From contig CAZINT010000003.1 of the NCBI GenBank assembly GCA_964540825.1, forward strand, positions 147,250-211,249: a stretch of DNA of 64,000 nucleotides, given 5' to 3'. The DNA comes from an uncultured Gammaproteobacteria bacterium (GTDB taxonomy: Bacteria > Patescibacteriota > Patescibacteriia > Magasanikbacterales > GWA2-37-8). Every line of letters begins with the position of its first letter. The stretch's first letter is position 1. The notes under the pieces are model-generated. The model worked only from the letters and a program-made list of their open reading frames with translations. It did not search any database and had not been told where the DNA came from. Both the position numbers and the translations under genes were made by a program. Shown one piece after another: positions 58,937 to 64,000 of the stretch.

Positions 58937-60880
58937 CTAATTACAGTTTTTAATAGCCTCAGCAATCCAGCGCTGGCGAGCAACACTCAGCGGCTGCTGC
59001 CGAGCAGCTTCCAGCCGCTTCTTTAATAATTGCTTTTTTTCTTGCTGGGATAGTTTTAAGGCTTCAAGCGCTGCTCCAAAAGCGACTTCCGTAGCATCCG
59101 GCTTGGTTAGCAGGCTAAGCGCATACTCTATATTTTTAACCATACGAGCTTCTCGCACATTCTTTGCCCGATCAACTAAATCAGTAAATGACTTTTGTGA
59201 TCCGCCCGCAGGCATATAGTCGACAGCAGTATAATTTTTTGCTTTTTCATAGTGCCGAACAACTTCTGTAAGTCGATCTTGTTTTTTCTGCATGTCATCA
59301 AGATGAGCACGCCTTCTTGCCAGCGCTTCTTCTTCTTTTTTTGAAGCACTTACTAACGCATTCACAACTTTTTCTTCATTTTTTAACCTTTTTTCTTCGT
59401 CACTGAGCACCAGCGCTTCTGCCCCGGCTTCTGCCGGATCATCCGGCGGGCTTTCTTTGAGCTCTTTTTTATATTTTTCTAACCTTTGTCTTTCTTCTTG
59501 CAAAACTTTTACCCTGGCGAGCGTTTCCTTATCGGCAACTTTTTTACGAGCCATAAATGCTTCGTTGTCATTTTGCCACTGCTGCTGGTCATTAACCAAA
59601 TCCTGGCTCTGTTGGGTTAAGGCATGCTCCTCAGTCATAAGCCAAGCCAACTTATCAAACAAAGTTTCTTGAGCAGCCTTAAGCGCTGTCCGCGAACCCA
59701 TCTTTGATTCTAAGAGCTGCTTCTTAGCCTTCTCAAGAAGATCTTTTTTTGCTTGAAGATCTGGTGATTTTTCAGCATGCAAACCATGTTCAGCAAGCGC
59801 TGCTTTAAGCTGGGCGATATCATGCTTGATTTTTTTAAGATCTATTTGATCAAACATGGTCCACTGTGATTTCGACGCAGGAATTACATACCTCTCTCTT
59901 TGGCCAATAGCCCTAATCGCGGCAAATTGCTCGTAGTCTGGAGCTTTCAGAATTCTATCAAGCTTTTTTAAACGCTCTTGCGCTTTATCAAGCTGAGCTG
60001 ATTTGTCACCATCTCTTAACGGCCCAACATGCACTTCGAGCTCATGTTCTAAAGCATGTTTGCCCTCATGAACCGTTTCTTTTACTTTTTTAAAATTATG
60101 GATACTTTCAGTTATCTGCTTAATTTTATCTGTTCCGTCAAGCGTTGGATCTTCCAGACTCATCTTAAGCTGCGACATTTCATCTTCGATTTTCTTAATC
60201 TTTTTTTTCTTAATTCCTTCAAGAAAATTAGACAGGGGGTCGGGTAATATATGTCGATTCAAGCGCAAAACCTCCATTTCCTTTTTAATACTCTGACGCT
60301 TTGCTAATAAGGTTAAATTTCGCTCATCTTCAAGCAAACGATTTTCGTCAACAAAACCCAAAGGAAAATATTCCGCTTCCAGACCCAACTTCCGAATCAG
60401 GTCTATCTGCTGCTGGCCTTGCAGCGTTTTAATCTTTTTAATTCCTTGCAGCTTCTCAGCCGGATCATAGCCTTTTTTAACTGCCATTTCGCTTAAATGA
60501 GCGCCGACTTCCGCGAGGAATTTGTTTGCCTCCGGCTCGTCTTTAGCTTGTATCCCTAGATCTGATTTTAAAACATCCGAGTAGAAATCACTAAATTCTT
60601 TAAGCGCATCTTTTTTAATCAAATATTTTTTCCAGATAGCTTCAAGTTGTTTATTATCAACGCTGAGCAATGCTTTATCGAGTTTGTTGGCTTCAGCGTA
60701 GGCGTCTACAAACTTAACATACTCGGCGTCAGCCAACATTTTTGCAGCATTAAATTTCTCCTCTACCTTAGGAGCATGCTCCGTGTGACCGCTGGGCCCG
60801 CCTTTGGGCGTATCATGGTGACCTCCACCTTTATGTCCGCCGCCAGGTCCTTTGCCCTTTCCCCCACCATGTCCTGCCAT
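58937..60880 (-). CDS. hypothetical Lys/Glu-rich coiled-coil protein with Gly/His-rich N-terminus
   Basis: 647 aa ORF; AT-rich, no SD; heptad-like composition. Confidence 0.8.
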   Translation of the reverse strand: MAGHGGGKGKGPGGGHKGGGHHDTPKGGPSGHTEHAPKVEEKFNAAKMLADAEYVKFVDAYAEANKLDKALLSVDNKQLEAIWKKYLIKKDALKEFSDFYSDVLKSDLGIQAKDEPEANKFLAEVGAHLSEMAVKKGYDPAEKLQGIKKIKTLQGQQQIDLIRKLGLEAEYFPLGFVDENRLLEDERNLTLLAKRQSIKKEMEVLRLNRHILPDPLSNFLEGIKKKKIKKIEDEMSQLKMSLEDPTLDGTDKIKQITESIHNFKKVKETVHEGKHALEHELEVHVGPLRDGDKSAQLDKAQERLKKLDRILKAPDYEQFAAIRAIGQRERYVIPASKSQWTMFDQIDLKKIKHDIAQLKAALAEHGLHAEKSPDLQAKKDLLEKAKKQLLESKMGSRTALKAAQETLFDKLAWLMTEEHALTQQSQDLVNDQQQWQNDNEAFMARKKVADKETLARVKVLQEERQRLEKYKKELKESPPDDPAEAGAEALVLSDEEKRLKNEEKVVNALVSASKKEEEALARRRAHLDDMQKKQDRLTEVVRHYEKAKNYTAVDYMPAGGSQKSFTDLVDRAKNVREARMVKNIEYALSLLTKPDATEVAFGAALEALKLSQQEKKQLLKKRLEAARQQPLSVARQRWIAEAIKNCN

Positions 60881-60999
60881 AAAAAAATAATAAAAAGTAA
60901 CTGCATACTACCATTTTTTATAAAAAACTACAACTTCTTGCGCTTGCTAAAACAAGCTAATTGCAGTACGCTAAGCAGTGTTTCTCGTAACTACCCCTT

Positions 61000-61488
61000 G
61001 TGACCACCCTGCACCTCATCGTTGTCGGCCGACTTAAAGAATCGTATTGGCAAGAAGCCGAAGCCGAGTACTTGAAACGCCTTTCCCCCTGGGCGGAAGT
61101 TGTGATTCACGAAATTAAAGAAGAAAGTTTTAACGAAAAGGACCCGCCGGAACTCATTAAAGCTCGCGAAGCCGACAAGATCGTGGAAACACTTGAAAAG
61201 ATTAAAGACACCTTTGTACTGGTGCTCGACGGGCGCGGACGAGCTATGAATTCGGTGCAACTCTCCACGCTTATGACCACCTGGCGCGAAGAATTCCATG
61301 CGCTTACCGTGATTATTGGCGGCCCACTTGGACTCGACGATACCATCCTTGGCATTGGCAAACGACCCGGCGGTTTTGCCCTCTCGCTTTCTAACCTCAC
61401 GTTCACCCACCAAATGGCCCGCGTTTTTTTGCTCGAGCAGCTGTATCGTGCTATGATGATCGCGGATGGACGTAAATATCATTACTAA
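61000..61488 (+). CDS. rlmH: 23S rRNA pseudouridine-1915 N3-methyltransferase RlmH
   Basis: VGRLKE, EYLKRL, IIGGPLGL, LSLSNLTFTHQMARVFLLEQLYRA, YH terminus. Confidence 0.95.
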   Translation: MTTLHLIVVGRLKESYWQEAEAEYLKRLSPWAEVVIHEIKEESFNEKDPPELIKAREADKIVETLEKIKDTFVLVLDGRGRAMNSVQLSTLMTTWREEFHALTVIIGGPLGLDDTILGIGKRPGGFALSLSNLTFTHQMARVFLLEQLYRAMMIADGRKYHY

Positions 61489-61490
61489 AT

Positions 61491-62306
61491 ATGCATAAGC
61501 ACGTACGGGGGTCGGCGCTTCTCGCCACCATGCTCATTACTGCGGTCGTGAGCGGGGCAATTGTTTATAACTTGGAACACGATTTGTTCCAAAATGCTCT
61601 GCAAGAAAATTATATTTTGTATCAAAAAGAATTTGCCAACCAAAAATTGGCGCTTGATACGCTGCGTTTACGTCAGCAGGTTGAGAATCCCGCGAATACG
61701 GCTGATTTTGGGGCGTTTTGCGCCGCTAATAAAGCACTGTCGCCAAAAATTGTACAAACTCCTGCTGGCAAAGTGGCGCTCAATTCCATTATCAGCGGAA
61801 AACTCACGCTGCAGACCCCGGCCGGTGAAAAAATATTGTCTGATAAAATTAATCTGTACGGCGGCGCTGCTACCGTTACATTTACCACCACCTCTGTACC
61901 CACAGTTGCGCGGGCCTATATTCTTCCAAACAAAGACGGACTTAATGGCGCCGAAGAATTTCATTATGTTGATACCGCCGCTAACACTATAACCAGTATC
62001 AAAGTCAAATACCTCCACCCAACTACCACACTTGAGATTACCCTGCCTAACAAGAGTATCATTGATCTTGCCTATGAACCAACCAAAGGCATCATGGTAA
62101 ACAACAAACTTGGTTTTGCGCTTCCAACGAACGCTCCAACCCTCACCATTTTGTTTAATGGCATCAGTAAAGATCTCAAAACCGTCTATTTTACAATGAC
62201 CAACACCTACAGTTCAGCTTCGGATATGCAGACCGGGCCATATGCGCTTAATCTCGCTACCAAAAAGATTACTTTACTTACAACCGCAACTGACATTCTT
62301 GAATAG
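61491..62306 (+). CDS. hypothetical exported protein
   Basis: N-terminal RGSALL plus hydrophobic helix (pilin-like cleavage pattern); beta-rich Thr/Asn-rich body. Confidence 0.65.
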   Translation: MHKHVRGSALLATMLITAVVSGAIVYNLEHDLFQNALQENYILYQKEFANQKLALDTLRLRQQVENPANTADFGAFCAANKALSPKIVQTPAGKVALNSIISGKLTLQTPAGEKILSDKINLYGGAATVTFTTTSVPTVARAYILPNKDGLNGAEEFHYVDTAANTITSIKVKYLHPTTTLEITLPNKSIIDLAYEPTKGIMVNNKLGFALPTNAPTLTILFNGISKDLKTVYFTMTNTYSSASDMQTGPYALNLATKKITLLTTATDILE

Positions 62307-62316
62307 CCACCTCCAT

Positions 62317-63300
62317 ATGACCAAACCTGTTATTTTCTCAGGCATCCAACCGACCGGCAACCTCCATATTGGCAATTATTTAGGAGCAGTTAAAAACTGG
62401 GCAGAACTGCAAAACAGCGGCAAGTACGATTGCTTTTTTTTCATTGCCGATTACCACTCGCTTACCGGGCAAGATACGGCTGACGACCGCCGCGCCAAAA
62501 TTCTAAATCTTGCAGCCGAAATTATTGCTCTGGGTGTTGATCCGGAACGCGTTACTTTTTTTGTACAGTCCCACGTCCCTGAGCACACCGAACTGGCTTG
62601 GGTTTTTAACTGTGTCACGCCAGTTGCCGAGCTTGAACGCATGACCCAGTTCAAAGATAAAGCCAGCCGTCAGGAAAAAAATATTAATGCTGGCCTCCTC
62701 ACGTACCCGGTTCTTCAAGTCGCCGATGTACTCCTTTACCACGGCACACTCGTTCCGGTTGGGCAGGATCAAGTGCAACACATCGAACTCATTCGGATTG
62801 TGGCACGCGCCTTCAACAAACGCTACGGCGAATACTTCTCAGAAACCAAACATCTTTTAACCGAGTTCCCCAAGGTTATGAGCCTTTTGGAACCAGCCAA
62901 AAAAATGAGCAAGTCGCTCGGCGCTGGTCACATAATCGAACTTTCCGAAGAACCGGCACAGATCGAAGCCAAACTTAAAAAGGCTGTAACCGCAACCGAA
63001 GGCGGCGCTGAGGCTCCGGGCGTTCAGAACCTTCTCGCGCTCCTTAAAGAATTTGGCAGCAGCGAGATCTACGAAACACTTGCCAAAGCGGAGAAAAATG
63101 GTACGATCCGTTATGGAGACTTGAAGCACGAATTGGCCACAGCCATTGCCACGTACTTCGCCGACTTCCGCGCCAAACGCAACGAACTTTTAGCAAACCC
63201 AAAAGAACTAGAAAATATTCTCGGAATTGGAGCGGCAAAAGCACAAAAAGTGGCCGCTAAAACCATGCAGGACGTTCGAAAACTTGTCGGCATCCGCTAG
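62317..63300 (+). CDS. trpS: tryptophan--tRNA ligase
   Basis: SGIQPTGNLHIGNY (HIGH), YPVLQVAD, VPVGQDQ, KMSKS. Confidence 0.97.
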   Translation: MTKPVIFSGIQPTGNLHIGNYLGAVKNWAELQNSGKYDCFFFIADYHSLTGQDTADDRRAKILNLAAEIIALGVDPERVTFFVQSHVPEHTELAWVFNCVTPVAELERMTQFKDKASRQEKNINAGLLTYPVLQVADVLLYHGTLVPVGQDQVQHIELIRIVARAFNKRYGEYFSETKHLLTEFPKVMSLLEPAKKMSKSLGAGHIIELSEEPAQIEAKLKKAVTATEGGAEAPGVQNLLALLKEFGSSEIYETLAKAEKNGTIRYGDLKHELATAIATYFADFRAKRNELLANPKELENILGIGAAKAQKVAAKTMQDVRKLVGIR

Positions 63301-63384
63301 TTCTTTAAAAAATTCCGTTAAGGAAAAGAGGTGTTTTTTAAGACGCCTTTTTTCCTTAACGGAAAAAACTACCTGGAGGCTGTC

Positions 63385-64000
63385 ATGCCACAAAAACCGC
63401 GTCGACAGAACCCGAAGCCGAGAACGCTTCTCGGGGTGCAGGGCGTTGTGTTCCTGCGCTTTACGTCAGCTTTGCTCCTTACCGGTGCTTGCTGGTGGAT
63501 CTGGACTCGAACCAACGCTGGCTCATTGCAGTGGTGGGAGGCCCCGCTCTTAGCACTTCTGGTGCTTTTTGTCTCGCCCACGGAGCTTCTCGCGCACAAA
63601 TACGGACTCCACCACCTTCCGAAGCACATCACCATCTGGGGCTTTACAATCAAACTCCCGGACACGAGTTCTGCCCGGCATCACCGCCTCCATCACCGTA
63701 AACAAGCCCGAGTGGAGTGGATTTTTATTCCGCTCGCCGCCGCACTGCTTGTGGTCTTCGGGCTCTCGGGGATCGGCACGCTCCTCAGCAACCTTACCGA
63801 CTTCCCGGTGGTCGCTGTCGCCGACATCTGCGCCTTCGTCTTTCTGAGAGTCCTTTGGGAAGAGGAGATGCACTACCTGGCGCATTGCACCTCCTACAAG
63901 CCAGAAGCTGGCACGCTCTGGGCGGGGTACGTGTTGAGAGTAACGACCCCACACAAGCGCCATCACCAGCGCAACGAAAAATTCAACTGGGAAGTGAGCA
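63385..64000 (+). CDS. fatty acid hydroxylase/sterol desaturase superfamily membrane protein (runs off the window end)
   Basis: Hand-translated from ATG 63385 behind GGAGG; TM segments and His boxes E..AHKYGLH, HHRLHH, EEMHYLAH, HKRHH..NEKFN. Confidence 0.8.
   Translation, partial: MPQKPRRQNPKPRTLLGVQGVVFLRFTSALLLTGACWWIWTRTNAGSLQWWEAPLLALLVLFVSPTELLAHKYGLHHLPKHITIWGFTIKLPDTSSARHHRLHHRKQARVEWIFIPLAAALLVVFGLSGIGTLLSNLTDFPVVAVADICAFVFLRVLWEEEMHYLAHCTSYKPEAGTLWAGYVLRVTTPHKRHHQRNEKFNWEVS

Noticed and set aside
1-64000. CRISPR array or alternative genetic code (UGA=Gly)
   Set aside because: No regularly spaced repeat-spacer array seen; core genes translate full length under the standard bacterial code.

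Overview
This window comes from a small-genome bacterium, most likely Patescibacteria/CPR: the spc operon lacks uL30/rpmD, there is a tRNA-Arg(GCG), and core genes have AT-rich starts without a Shine-Dalgarno (SD) sequence. The core content is recG, LCP, der, pth, dprA, topA, rel, parAB, asnS, recO, yqgF, map, adk, secY, the str/S10/spc ribosomal cluster, uvrD/pcrA, tgt, rlmH, trpS and two tRNAs. The main observation is a second class of genes. About 16 GC-rich, mostly orphan, apparently monocistronic genes are scattered among the core genes, two of them inside conserved ribosomal operons. Almost all carry a strong SD (GGAGG to AGGAGGTGATC), whereas none of the core starts inspected does. The densest cluster (17.6-28.9 kb) is an array of eight predicted exported proteins. 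Six are modular paralogs (signal peptide, variable domain, Pro/Gly linker, one of two conserved hydrophobic C-termini) that share a covarying 3' hairpin. One is an LHH-type HNH nuclease toxin with no immunity gene, and one is a Cys-rich protein with an 8-stranded outer-membrane-barrel-like C-terminus. Speculatively, this is a host-directed effector system, possibly translated by host ribosomes or under separate translational control. Two candidate sRNAs, a tRNA 3'-end duplication and an uncalled His-Met peptide are also noted.
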